Shown: positions 8,831 through 18,693 of the stretch, one piece after another
Layout: each line of letters begins with the position of its first letter
Position numbering within the stretch: the stretch's first letter is position 1
Virus record (IMG/VR): IMGVR_UViG_3300037189_030782
Direction: 5' to 3' (one strand)
DNA length: 64,000 bases
Source of the DNA: a virus
Lineage: Duplodnaviria; Caudoviricetes
Program-made: the position numbers and the translations under genes
The notes under the pieces: generated by a model
Seen by the model: the letters and a program-made list of their open reading frames with translations, nothing else
What the model was told of the DNA's origin: nothing
The model's database searches: none

Positions 8831-11265
8831 TGGATACGCCTGGGCTATACTACAATAAATTAATACGTGAGCGGTCTACCCCAATAGCCGAACGCTTTCC
8901 TGGTTTCTATCGTGCCATGGTTGTTGACACAAATGATCCATTAAACATGGGGCGTATTCGATTCCTATGCCCAGAAATGCACAATAGTAATATGTCGGTA
9001 GCTGATGCGCCGTTCGCTGTCCCAGCACCGGGTTTTGGTGGTCCGCGGAGCGGAATATTCAGCAACCCTTGTGTCGGGGATGGCGTTTGGATCTCGCTAG
9101 AAAAGCAACATCCATTCGGCCCAATTTGGTTTGCAGGCGCTGATCCTACTAGACAGCGTTATTACACGCGCTTCCAAGTCACCAATCCGAGCCCAGTAAG
9201 TTTGAGTTTTAATGCTGAGCCGCAGGGTCCACCTGAGGATTATGATCCCGATTATCTGCCAAAAGACGGCAGACCTATGAATTTCGGTTACACCGACCGC
9301 TATGGCACGACTGTAATCAGTAGTGCAGTGGGGTTTTTCCCGGTTACTCACACTCTTGCAGACCCTCCTGCGGAGTATGACCCGTACGCTTCTGCTGCAT
9401 ATAATAACGCAAAAGCTAAACCTGAAGTTAATTCTCCTGATAGAAAATATCATGCTGAAATTACTAAATATGGCAATATTTTTCAGTTAAGTGATGTAGG
9501 TTACTACTGGCATAAAAGCGATGATACTTCGTCATTCGGTGAATTTGTTGGCGATCCTGCTGTAGATGAGCCGTTTGAAGATCTAAGATTTAAGTATATT
9601 CAAAGACTTTTAAATGAAGGCCAAGCCAGCACTGCTTCTGGCGGCATGGAGGTGCCTGGTGCCGATCAAAGAAAGATTTCGCTCCTCTCACGCTATGGTC
9701 ATAAATGGGAACAACGTGATGTCGGATATGCTCAACCTGGACCTATGTTAAATTCTGCTAGGCAGAATGAATATGGGCAGGGCCAATTCTTGAGTTTAGA
9801 ATCGCAGAACGACATGCGGTGGCTGAAGTGGCGTAGCAAAGCAGGCAATCTTTATCAAGCTTCTGATGTGGGATACGATCCAGCTTTTAATATTAATATT
9901 AGGAAGACTAATTTAGAAGACGCAGGATATGGTTCTGAAAAAGAAGACCAATATTTTGCTAATAAAGATATGCGCATGACCAGAATCGTCACCCCAGGTG
10001 GGCTGAAATTTGTATTGGATGATCGTGGCGCAGATGTTGCTGATCCTATTGGTAATCCATGGCCGTGTAGCAATGGATTCATGTTAAAAGGCCGTAGACC
10101 AGCTGGATCGTTTGGCATAAAACCTGCATCCGGAGAGAGAGCAACTGCCGTAGCAACGATATCGGAAGGGCGAATTACCGCCATAGAGATCATTAATCCT
10201 GGCAGTATGTACGAGGACCCACCGAAGGTCAGCATTACTGATCCTAACCGCAGCGGCAAGGGGGCGGTTGCTAGAGCTGTGGTTGTTGATGGTTTTACAG
10301 TAAGCATCATCTTAATTGCTTCGGGTGCTTCATATGAAGAAGCAGTTGTCGAGATTGAACCACCGCCGTATGCTCGTGGTTTCTATGTTGAAGCGAACGA
10401 AAATGATTTGAGTAACCATCTGACTATTGGTTCGCCACTTGGATCAGTCTTTGAGCTTAATGATAGGTATCAATATAGTATCATTACTAACGGCCTAGGT
10501 AAGAAATATACCATGCCGTGGCAAGGCATACAGGAGAATGAATTCCTGCGATCGCCTACGATGGTTAATAGCCCAGAATCAACATCATATCACTTAAAGC
10601 TCGATTTACAGAACGAATATTTAAGGCTTAAAACAAGGGGCGGTCAGGGGCCAGGTCCAGAGATTGATAGGGGTGGACCAGTTAACCCTACTGGTGTGAC
10701 TGACGGTATTCAAGCTGGGCTAGAAGCTCACGACGGCCAAAAAGGTGATGGCCCTTGGGTAGAGCTGGTGGACAGCGAAGCTCGTGGGTTTTGGTTTAGT
10801 AAAAAACATAACATAGGCGTGTGGCGTGGGAAAAAAGGCAAAAGGACTTATTTTATTATTGACGATTCTAATGACACGATAAGCATCGTTAATGGAGCTC
10901 CCACTGGAACTATTGAAATATACAGCGCTGGCAATATTAACATGAGAGCTGAGAAGCGTATAAACATGTACGCAGGTCAAGGCATCAGCATGTCTACACC
11001 TCAGAGCATGGTTTTGTCAGGCGGAGCAGCTAAGATTGGAATGGAAGGAATCGGGGTGCATGTCACTGGGTTACCGTCAATCGGTCTAATAAGTGCACCG
11101 ATCATACCGCCTCCAGTACCAAATATACCTGGTAAGCTAGAGCCGACTGACCGTGGCGCTACTTATAATGGGCCGTTCGAATCATGCCCGGATGCAGAGA
11201 TTGAGCATCAGCTTGATTCGTTATTCAGTCAAGTAGACGGCTGGCTCCCTGGCTTTGCGAGGTAA
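8830..11265 (+). CDS. Baseplate central spike (T4 gp5/VgrG-like)
   Basis: N-terminal OB motif FYRAMVVDTNDPLNMGRIR...P.VGDGVWI; C-terminal beta-helix-like repeats (IEIYSAGNINMRAEKRINMYAGQGISMS). Start at the TAATG overlap. Confidence 0.75.
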   Translation: MDTPGLYYNKLIRERSTPIAERFPGFYRAMVVDTNDPLNMGRIRFLCPEMHNSNMSVADAPFAVPAPGFGGPRSGIFSNPCVGDGVWISLEKQHPFGPIWFAGADPTRQRYYTRFQVTNPSPVSLSFNAEPQGPPEDYDPDYLPKDGRPMNFGYTDRYGTTVISSAVGFFPVTHTLADPPAEYDPYASAAYNNAKAKPEVNSPDRKYHAEITKYGNIFQLSDVGYYWHKSDDTSSFGEFVGDPAVDEPFEDLRFKYIQRLLNEGQASTASGGMEVPGADQRKISLLSRYGHKWEQRDVGYAQPGPMLNSARQNEYGQGQFLSLESQNDMRWLKWRSKAGNLYQASDVGYDPAFNINIRKTNLEDAGYGSEKEDQYFANKDMRMTRIVTPGGLKFVLDDRGADVADPIGNPWPCSNGFMLKGRRPAGSFGIKPASGERATAVATISEGRITAIEIINPGSMYEDPPKVSITDPNRSGKGAVARAVVVDGFTVSIILIASGASYEEAVVEIEPPPYARGFYVEANENDLSNHLTIGSPLGSVFELNDRYQYSIITNGLGKKYTMPWQGIQENEFLRSPTMVNSPESTSYHLKLDLQNEYLRLKTRGGQGPGPEIDRGGPVNPTGVTDGIQAGLEAHDGQKGDGPWVELVDSEARGFWFSKKHNIGVWRGKKGKRTYFIIDDSNDTISIVNGAPTGTIEIYSAGNINMRAEKRINMYAGQGISMSTPQSMVLSGGAAKIGMEGIGVHVTGLPSIGLISAPIIPPPVPNIPGKLEPTDRGATYNGPFESCPDAEIEHQLDSLFSQVDGWLPGFAR

Positions 11266-11266
11266 A

Positions 11267-11986
11267 ATGATAATTAAATTCCCCACTGGATTCTATTCTC
11301 GAAGCCAGTTTACGCAGAATATCACATTTACTGTTAGTTCAGCTATGCCGTTCTTCGGAAGTAGCAATATAGCTAAGGTCCCAGAGGGCATCATTGCTCA
11401 AAACCCTAGAGCTCAACAGGGCACTATCATTTCTAGTAGGCCTCAATTCGGCCAACAAATCGCAACTGTCACAAAGGCAAATGCTGCCGCTACAGGGTCG
11501 ACCACAAAAAAATATGCGTATGGTCAAGCCATTGAACTAACGCCTCCGGTACCAGTTGCTAGCGTTGAACAGATGTACGTCTCAACTGGCGTTGAATATC
11601 TACATGACCAAAATGTGTTAGACCTGCAAAGCTTTGGTCTAACTTTTGTAGAGTCTAATTCTCTGACATTTAGTGGGCTTGAAGCGTTTGAGCAGCTGCG
11701 GGTGCAGTTAAGCCAAGCTATTGCTGCAAGGAAGGACGCTGAACTTGGCATAGGACTAGCTAAGACTAACCTTGGCGATTGCGAAAAAACGTTGGCGGCG
11801 GCGAAAGTCATTGGCAGTACACTGATAGGGCCCACGCAATATGACGAAATCATCAAGACCTTAGAAGCTAAAAAGCAACAGTTGCTGGCAGAAATCACTG
11901 CCCAAACTATCATCGCTAATGAGACTGCGCTAAATGCATCGAAGTTGCGTAATGATCTATTAACCGTAGCCACTCTGGTGAACTAA
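11267..11986 (+). CDS. Hypothetical virion-module protein with C-terminal coiled coil
   Basis: Coupled ORF between the gp5-like and gp25 genes. Confidence 0.55.
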   Translation: MIIKFPTGFYSRSQFTQNITFTVSSAMPFFGSSNIAKVPEGIIAQNPRAQQGTIISSRPQFGQQIATVTKANAAATGSTTKKYAYGQAIELTPPVPVASVEQMYVSTGVEYLHDQNVLDLQSFGLTFVESNSLTFSGLEAFEQLRVQLSQAIAARKDAELGIGLAKTNLGDCEKTLAAAKVIGSTLIGPTQYDEIIKTLEAKKQQLLAEITAQTIIANETALNASKLRNDLLTVATLVN

Positions 11987-12363
11987 TGGCAAGTGTATAT
12001 GGTTACAATCCTCCGTTCTATGACGGCAAGTATTCGATCTTGCCTAGGCAGGAAGATGAACGCCTGATAAAGAATGACATTTTGCAATTGCTGCTAACGG
12101 TGCCCGGCGAGAGGTACTACAAGCCTGCTTTTGGCGTTGGCATCAGGAATTATTTGTTTGAGCCATTAGACAACGTGCTCTTAAACAGACTCAGATTATC
12201 GATTATTGATCAGATCAGTAAGAATGAACCTAGAGTCATTAACGTCCGAGTGACACTTACGCCTGATGAAGCGCGTAATGGATTAAATATTCAGATTTTT
12301 TCGAATATGAGAAATCAGCCGAACACGTTCATAAATATCGAACAATTCTTCACGAGGGGATGA
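11986..12363 (+). CDS. Baseplate wedge protein gp25 (GPW_gp25 family)
   Basis: LIKNDILQLLLTVPGERYYKPAFGVGIRNYLFEPLD...KNEPRV. Confidence 0.9.
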   Translation: MASVYGYNPPFYDGKYSILPRQEDERLIKNDILQLLLTVPGERYYKPAFGVGIRNYLFEPLDNVLLNRLRLSIIDQISKNEPRVINVRVTLTPDEARNGLNIQIFSNMRNQPNTFINIEQFFTRG

Positions 12364-12364
12364 C

Positions 12365-14050
12365 ATGGCTGACGCAATAATCACCTTGCCTAACAATTCT
12401 GTTAACGATCAGTTGGTGAAACAGTATGGCGCAGGATCCATCTATTTTCAATTACCACCGGATCCACAACAGATAGGATTATTAACACCAGACAGCAGCT
12501 TACGTTCGCTCGATTTCAGTGGGCTAGACTTTGATACTGCGCGACAGGTGTTATTAGAATACATTAAGACGTACTTTCCAGATAAATTTAATGACTTTGT
12601 AGCTGCAAATGGAATCGTAATGATGACAGAGTTGGTGGCCAGTGCGGTCGCCAAGCTAAGCTTAAGATCTGATCTACTGGCGCAAGAAGCGACGCTAGCC
12701 ACAGCCACGCAAGAGGAATCGGTTTTAAATCATTTAAGTCTGATTAACCAAAAAATTCTACGGCAAACAGCCGCCACCGTAGATTTTGAATGTGTGGTCA
12801 GCAGAATCGCTAGCAGTGACATCAGGATAAATGCTGGAACGAGCTTTAATATCGCTGGAGCTGATGGCAAGAGATTGATTTATGAAGTTTACAAGGCGCC
12901 TGATGATTGGACCAGTCAAATTATCATACCAAGTGGTAAAAAGGGCACTATTGCATTCGGTATCGAAGGTCAATTCACGCAACCAGTAAGCTATTCTTCA
13001 GATGGGACAGCTAACCAATCATTTACTATAAGAGACAATAACATTTTATCTTATCCCGTGTTCATTAAAGTTTCTAATGGGCGCGATATCATAGATTACA
13101 CCGCAATAGATTATCCAATTCAAAAAGCCGGACCCAATGATACGGTCGCTGAGACCATATTCTATGGTGACCGTATGGTGGTAAATTTTGGTGATAATCG
13201 GACTGGCAAAATACCGGCGAGCGGAAGCAGCATTTTAATAAGGTATAGAGTTGGCGGAGGATTAAGGGGTAGGATATCCGCTAACACCATCAGTCAAACC
13301 AACCAGTATGTGTCTGACCCACCGCAATCTTTGCTGGTCAATGTGACTTTCAGTAATGTCACATCGAGTCAGGGCGGTACAGACAAAGAATCTATCGAGG
13401 ACGCAAAGCGACGAGCGCCTAAAGATTTCTCATTGCACGACAGGATCGTTACGATCAGCGATTATAGTCAATTCGCTAAGACGTTTGCTAGTCCTGTATA
13501 TGGAGCTGTGGCAAAAGCAACAGCTATCTGCAGGACTGACATAAATGCTAACTTAGTTGAAGTATATATCTTAGCATTTGGTAAGGATGCACTGGAGCTA
13601 CCAAGTTTGGGTCTTAGAGACGGCTTGAGCAGCAAGATAAGGTTATACAATAATGCTACTGATACTGTTGAGGTTCTGGGCGGCAGGTTAAAGGCGGTAG
13701 ACATCAAAGCTAGCATCATTATTAGTCGCACTGCCGATGGCACTATTGTAAGGCAGGAAGTAGAACGGACTATCAATGAATTCTTTAATTATAATAACTG
13801 GGAACTTGGTGAGGGCTTGTTTTTAAGCAACTTTATTAACACATTAGAGGGTATCGATGGCATTCAGTATGTAGACATGTATGCGCCAAATAGAAATATT
13901 CTTGCCACTAATGAAGTGTTTAACGAAGGCACCGGAACCGCCGGGCATGATCCTTATTTAGTTGGTTTAAACGAATTGATATCTCTAGGCAATAGCCAGA
14001 TTAGTTATTTCTACGAGAAAGTGAGCAATCAACCAACCGTTAGGAGTTAA
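12365..14050 (+). CDS. Baseplate wedge protein gp6 / baseplate J-like
   Basis: LDFSGLDFD...DFVAANG, FGDNRTGKIP, YRVGGG, GGTDKESIEDAKRRAP, RIVTISDY. Confidence 0.87.
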   Translation: MADAIITLPNNSVNDQLVKQYGAGSIYFQLPPDPQQIGLLTPDSSLRSLDFSGLDFDTARQVLLEYIKTYFPDKFNDFVAANGIVMMTELVASAVAKLSLRSDLLAQEATLATATQEESVLNHLSLINQKILRQTAATVDFECVVSRIASSDIRINAGTSFNIAGADGKRLIYEVYKAPDDWTSQIIIPSGKKGTIAFGIEGQFTQPVSYSSDGTANQSFTIRDNNILSYPVFIKVSNGRDIIDYTAIDYPIQKAGPNDTVAETIFYGDRMVVNFGDNRTGKIPASGSSILIRYRVGGGLRGRISANTISQTNQYVSDPPQSLLVNVTFSNVTSSQGGTDKESIEDAKRRAPKDFSLHDRIVTISDYSQFAKTFASPVYGAVAKATAICRTDINANLVEVYILAFGKDALELPSLGLRDGLSSKIRLYNNATDTVEVLGGRLKAVDIKASIIISRTADGTIVRQEVERTINEFFNYNNWELGEGLFLSNFINTLEGIDGIQYVDMYAPNRNILATNEVFNEGTGTAGHDPYLVGLNELISLGNSQISYFYEKVSNQPTVRS

Positions 14051-14051
14051 G

Positions 14052-14444
14052 ATGCATAAAATTTGGGGCACGACTGAGCAGGTCTATCATAGCCCAACGG
14101 TGTCACGTCACAGCATTTCTATTAATGCAAATCATCATTGCAGTATACATTACCACAAGTATAAGACTAATATATTTGCAATCGACTCTGGCGAGCTAGC
14201 TGTAATAAATTATGAGGGTCTAAACTCTAGTTTTGTACTCTTAACGGCTGGCGATTATTACAGTGTTCCACCATTGCTGGTACACTCATTCTACGCTATC
14301 TCGAACGTCACTGCACACGAGATCTATTGTGCTCAATTTGGACATCAAGTTGATGAGCAAGATATTGTCAGATTTAATGAGGGTGGAGTGTGTTTAGACT
14401 TGGAGCAGTTTGTTAGGAATATAAGACATCATAAGAACAGATGA
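14052..14444 (+). CDS. Cupin-domain protein
   Basis: KIWG start; CSIHYHKYKTNIF..DSG and YSVPPLLVHSF cupin metal motifs. Confidence 0.7.
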   Translation: MHKIWGTTEQVYHSPTVSRHSISINANHHCSIHYHKYKTNIFAIDSGELAVINYEGLNSSFVLLTAGDYYSVPPLLVHSFYAISNVTAHEIYCAQFGHQVDEQDIVRFNEGGVCLDLEQFVRNIRHHKNR

Positions 14445-14466
14445 CCAAATGGACGTCATCGTTTTA

Positions 14467-16902
14467 TTACGGTGTATTTGGGGCTTTATAGACTATGGCG
14501 CTGCCGCCGATCTTCTCAGCGGCCTTTTGTAAGGCGAGGTCAAGTATATGCTTGGCCTTTCCAAAAACAATGGACTTGTGCTCTGGCGGAATCATATCAC
14601 CATACTTATCTTGTAGAGTCGAGTCTATTTTCGAATTGATCATGCGGCGCATATTGCCAAGATGCTTAGTAAGGTCTGCACGATATGCTTGTTCCTTATG
14701 TGCAACTAGGCTGGGATTAGCAGCTGGTGTTAAGCGTAGCAGAAAATCATAAAAGTAATGTTGGCGTTGCTCTAACGGTAATCGTGTGTTGAATAGCTTT
14801 TGATTTAAGAAATCTCTAACAGACGGCGCCTTACCAGCCATTGCTGCCTTGATCTGCGTGGCGAAGGCTGTAGCTAGCGGCGTGTCCAAACGTTCTATGG
14901 ATTCAAGTGCATTATGTATGCCACCATGACGGATCTTGTTATCTAAAGAAACTAGATAGGGTAACAATTGTTTTACGTCCGCTCGACCTGTGGTCGACAT
15001 AGTCGCTTGTTGGGCCGCTTGTAGGGCCGCTTGTTTGGCCGCTTCTTGGCTGCCTTTTTTATATCGATAGTAGTTGTTAACGAAATAAGCTGCTGATCTT
15101 TGTCCTACTTCTAAATCGTAGATGATTGATATATAGTATAATGCGACATAGGGCTCCTCCCATTCGTCCATCTCTTTTCGCACTAATGGTTCTTCGATGG
15201 CTTGCCTAGAAGGATCGCTGCCTCGTAACACAGAGTCTGCTCTAACTACATTGGCAAGAATCGCCGCTAAAACTGGCGGTAAATTTTTAATTATTTGATT
15301 CGCAGTAGCTGTAGCGGCTGATTTACCTGTTAGATTTTTCTCGACTTCAGCCATCGCAGCTTGGACCGCAGCGCTATTGCCAAGGGCCACTTTGTAATGG
15401 GAAAATGACTTTACTGGTATGTCGGTATCAAAGCGATTACCATCCCGAGAGGCCGAGCGGTCATACATTAATCCCTTTTGTGCTTTCTTATAAGCACCAC
15501 TGGTCTCATAGGCCAGTTTTCCAATCCTGAGGCATAGCTTGTTGATTCGCTGTAGTATCAAAGAGCCATAGCTATCATCCTCATCCTCATCCTCATCCTC
15601 ATCCTCATCCTCATCCTCATCTACAATTACAATTTCTTGCTCTACAACAGCACTATGGGCATCAACAGCTTCTGGAAATTCTTCCCGCCACTGATCCAGA
15701 GTATCCTTTAGACTATCAGAATCTTTGAGCGCATGGTTTTCTAAAACAAGCTTCAATAATTCCAAGTAAACTGGATCAAGCTGAAAAGAGACGTCTTCAC
15801 CAAGAATATCAACAACACCATCCTTATCGATAATTGACTGGATAGTGGCCAAAACTTTCTTAATACTCTTGATACCGGCTCTGGCGTTTGAATTTTCTTC
15901 AACACCAACTTCGGCCATAGCTTGCTTCAAATTTTTGGAAGAAGCGATTGGCTTTGTCTTCGATTTCTTATTCTGAATCTCTTTTTCTCGTTCTTCAGTC
16001 CTGTCAATGACCTTCTTTGACTGTCGAAGCAAGGTTTCATCGTTATTACTTTCTGCAATAACTTTTTTTGTCTCAGCCCTACCTCTTTTATTTTTAATTG
16101 CGTCTAGCTGTTTGTCCAACTTTGAGGTTTTAGCCTTATGGCTTTCCTGTGCATTGACAATAGCAGCACTTAAAACTTCCGATCTCTTTTCAAGATCGTC
16201 AATCTTTAAAAGTTGGGAGGCTACGCTTCTCTTGATTTTGTCTTCACAAAGCTGAGACAACGTATCTTCGTCAATTTTTTCAAGAAGTTCATCTGTTTCA
16301 TGAAGCCATTTTGAATCTCTTTGCAGGATTTCAAGAATCTGATCGTCACTGGCTCCATACAAACGGAATTCCCGCACAGCAGCCACTTCATGACCGTCCG
16401 TCAGGTTGATGCGATTCTTATTTTCTGCCCATGCGAGCGTTGCAGCTTCAAGATCGCTTGCACAGCTAAATATCTGGCAGACAACGTATTCGTATGCAAT
16501 GTCAGCAGAAACCATTTCTCTTTCAGAAGTAGTTTCTCCAAATTTGCTTTCTCTTGGATCAATTACCATCTCTTTTTTAGAGATGAGATAGTCCAAGGCT
16601 CTATACCTACGATCACCACCAACAAGCTGGGGGTGTGCATTTTCACTATCGCCAACCCAACGGCAAATCAAGGGATTCAAAAGCGTTCTGTGCTTAATGT
16701 TTTCCCTTAGGTCCGCAGACAAAGACCTATCTGTAAGGGTTTCGGTGCCGTTCTGCGTTAAAAGTCTTGGGTTAGAAAATACATAATCCGAAGATTCTTC
16801 CACTTTGTCGGTGGTTATAATTTTTGAAAATTTAACTTTGAAGAGGGAACCGTGGAGATGTTCAATACCGTCAATTAAACCGAAAGAATTTGCCTTTTTC
16901 AT
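14467..16902 (-). CDS. ParB-like N-terminal domain protein fused through a DE repeat to an unrelated C-terminal half (probably chimeric)
   Basis: NPR...LRENIK..TLLNPLICR...LVGGDRRYRAL ParB motif in the N-terminal half; GC changes at the DEDEDE tract. Confidence 0.65.
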   Translation of the reverse strand: MKKANSFGLIDGIEHLHGSLFKVKFSKIITTDKVEESSDYVFSNPRLLTQNGTETLTDRSLSADLRENIKHRTLLNPLICRWVGDSENAHPQLVGGDRRYRALDYLISKKEMVIDPRESKFGETTSEREMVSADIAYEYVVCQIFSCASDLEAATLAWAENKNRINLTDGHEVAAVREFRLYGASDDQILEILQRDSKWLHETDELLEKIDEDTLSQLCEDKIKRSVASQLLKIDDLEKRSEVLSAAIVNAQESHKAKTSKLDKQLDAIKNKRGRAETKKVIAESNNDETLLRQSKKVIDRTEEREKEIQNKKSKTKPIASSKNLKQAMAEVGVEENSNARAGIKSIKKVLATIQSIIDKDGVVDILGEDVSFQLDPVYLELLKLVLENHALKDSDSLKDTLDQWREEFPEAVDAHSAVVEQEIVIVDEDEDEDEDEDEDEDDSYGSLILQRINKLCLRIGKLAYETSGAYKKAQKGLMYDRSASRDGNRFDTDIPVKSFSHYKVALGNSAAVQAAMAEVEKNLTGKSAATATANQIIKNLPPVLAAILANVVRADSVLRGSDPSRQAIEEPLVRKEMDEWEEPYVALYYISIIYDLEVGQRSAAYFVNNYYRYKKGSQEAAKQAALQAAQQATMSTTGRADVKQLLPYLVSLDNKIRHGGIHNALESIERLDTPLATAFATQIKAAMAGKAPSVRDFLNQKLFNTRLPLEQRQHYFYDFLLRLTPAANPSLVAHKEQAYRADLTKHLGNMRRMINSKIDSTLQDKYGDMIPPEHKSIVFGKAKHILDLALQKAAEKIGGSAIVYKAPNTP
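15575..15621. repeat. Perfect hexanucleotide microsatellite (TCATCC)7+TCATC encoding poly-(Asp-Glu) on the - strand
   Basis: Read directly; 47 bp perfect. Confidence 0.98.
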
Positions 16903-16944
16903 CGAAAAGTCCTTTTTTCTGTAAAGGTTGAAGAAATCAAAAAA

Positions 16945-17580
16945 TCAAAATTCGTATCCCTTGGTTTTTGAAAAGGGTTTGCGGCAGCGTATCAAGTTGG
17001 TTGTTTCATACTCCTTTTCACCCAAACTCTCAATACCGACATTCTTTTTTCTTAACAATAATCCTTCTAGCTGTGGGTTGTCTAAAGATTCATCAAATCT
17101 AGAAGAAAAGTTGTCATAGAAAGTTTCAGCCATCCAGTGAGATGGCGATATCTCTAATGCGATTCCTGACCTACTCTTTTTTGTGGGGCTTCCACAAATT
17201 GAATTCAAAATTTCAAGTCGCTCAACTTGCGTTGGCTTAAAAAACAAGTATCTGCCAGCTTGCAACACATCAAAGAAAATTATTTCATTGGTGGCATTAA
17301 TGTCTTTGTTCATTAATTCACCATCAAGCCAATATTCTTTGTTTTGCTCAAGATTCAAGCTATCTAATAGCTCATCCCGCCTTTTGCTTTCAAACTGGAA
17401 TTTTGAAAAAGCAGTGCCGTGTCTAGTCCCAACAGTAACTTCTTTATTGCAAGAAATATGCAGAACTATTCTGCTGCCCCTAAACTTTCTTTGTGCTACC
17501 CAATCTCCAGTTTCTTCATAGTAACGAAGATCCGTAGGAAGCATTTTGCCTTTGGGTCTGGGCGGGAAAATAATCTTCAT
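16945..17580 (-). CDS. Stand-alone ATP-dependent ligase / capping-type nucleotidyltransferase domain
   Basis: Motif I AQRKFRG, WLDGEL, FFDVL, EGLLLRKK; 211 aa with no OB domain. Confidence 0.7.
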   Translation of the reverse strand: MKIIFPPRPKGKMLPTDLRYYEETGDWVAQRKFRGSRIVLHISCNKEVTVGTRHGTAFSKFQFESKRRDELLDSLNLEQNKEYWLDGELMNKDINATNEIIFFDVLQAGRYLFFKPTQVERLEILNSICGSPTKKSRSGIALEISPSHWMAETFYDNFSSRFDESLDNPQLEGLLLRKKNVGIESLGEKEYETTNLIRCRKPFSKTKGYEF

Positions 17581-17751
17581 AGTGATTTAACCCTCCCTCC
17601 CCAGTTTAAGGTAGCCTACCACCTTGAAATCCTTTGGTTGGCTGGGGGAATATGATAGCACAGATTTTTAGCTTGTTAAGTCCATTTTTCCCGAAAAATA
17701 CTGAGATTTTTTGCCTCTAATCTGCCGCATAAACCCCAAACAGCCCAGATT

Positions 17752-18387
17752 CTAATTGCTATCGCAAATTTTAAAAATGCTCCCACAGACCAAGCATTTA
17801 GCACGGAGAGGATTAGAACTTTTAATGCCCCTTCCACATCTAACCGAGTTGTAGGGACTTGGGCAATCACATTCGTATTTTAGAAAAAATGCTTTTTTAT
17901 TTTTTGAATTTGAGACTAAGGTGCCTCTGTCTATTTTTTCCCATTGAAAAGCATTTAATTCACAAAGAATTTTAGAATTATTTTCTGTGAATGGAATTCT
18001 GATAAACTGCGGGAGTAAGGCGTTCCTAGGAACTTCTGTGCTGAGAACAGACCATCCTTGTGCCTTGTGTTTAACAACAATGAAGCCGATACTCAAAGCA
18101 CAGTCAGCAAAAGCGTTTTTATGATAAAAATTTCTTCCAACATCAACGATTCTTTGTTGATGGTTAAAAATATGAATCATTTCATGGCACATACTAATAA
18201 AAAAATCTTCTTTAGTAGTGTACCTTGCACCAGAACCTAGCCTTAAATGATTATCTTTCCAAGAAAATAAAAAATTTTCTTGTGGAAGAATACAAAGAGG
18301 AACCTTTTGGATTCTTCCTGAGAAAAAAGATTTATTGATTGAAGAAAATAAGTTTTCTATTTGAACCAATAAATCAGGTTCTTTCAT
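17752..18387 (-). CDS. SprT-like zinc metalloprotease with C-terminal Zn ribbon
   Basis: MCHEMIH (HExxH), YHKNAF, C-terminal CDC...C..C. Confidence 0.65.
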   Translation of the reverse strand: MKEPDLLVQIENLFSSINKSFFSGRIQKVPLCILPQENFLFSWKDNHLRLGSGARYTTKEDFFISMCHEMIHIFNHQQRIVDVGRNFYHKNAFADCALSIGFIVVKHKAQGWSVLSTEVPRNALLPQFIRIPFTENNSKILCELNAFQWEKIDRGTLVSNSKNKKAFFLKYECDCPSPYNSVRCGRGIKSSNPLRAKCLVCGSIFKICDSN

Positions 18388-18565
18388 AGCTCTTTTTTCT
18401 TTCAGCTTCCTTTATTGCTTCATAAACTTCGCTCCTATGCACTGGTATGCGATCTGGAGCTTCTATGCCTAATCTAACGGTGTCACCCCTAATGTCTACG
18501 ATAAAAATTCTGACATTGTCGCCAATAACAACACTTTCATCCTTTTTCCTGCTTAAAACTAACAT
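18374..18565 (-). CDS. csrA: Carbon storage regulator CsrA/RsmA
   Basis: [46 protein letters not shown]. Confidence 0.95.
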   Translation of the reverse strand: MLVLSRKKDESVVIGDNVRIFIVDIRGDTVRLGIEAPDRIPVHRSEVYEAIKEAERKKSYERT

Positions 18566-18637
18566 CAGAAATTCCTTTTTCGATGGAAAAAAACAAACCC
18601 AAGGAATGATAACACATTCACAAGAAAAATCAAGACA

Positions 18638-18669
18638 AAAAAACCACTGAGGTTTCCCCCAGTGGTTTT
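18638..18669 (-). terminator. Rho-independent terminator
   Basis: - strand CCACUGGGG-GAAA-CCUCAGUGG followed by a U-tract. Confidence 0.75.
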
Positions 18670-18693
18670 ATTTACGAATAGTTTTATTTCAAC

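Noticed and set aside
4447-13776. Numerous antisense ORFs within the tape measure, gp5 and gp6 genes
   Set aside because: They are shadow frames of long + strand genes, with no SD or recognisable motifs.
1919-14050. Bacterial extracellular contractile injection system or T6SS
   Set aside because: It has a 1537-aa tape measure, an adjacent phage primase and no bacterial housekeeping context, so a phage tail fits better.
15575-15621. CRISPR array or VNTR-type contingency locus
   Set aside because: It is a pure 6-bp tandem repeat with no spacers. The in-frame unit changes only acidic-tract length and cannot phase-switch the gene.
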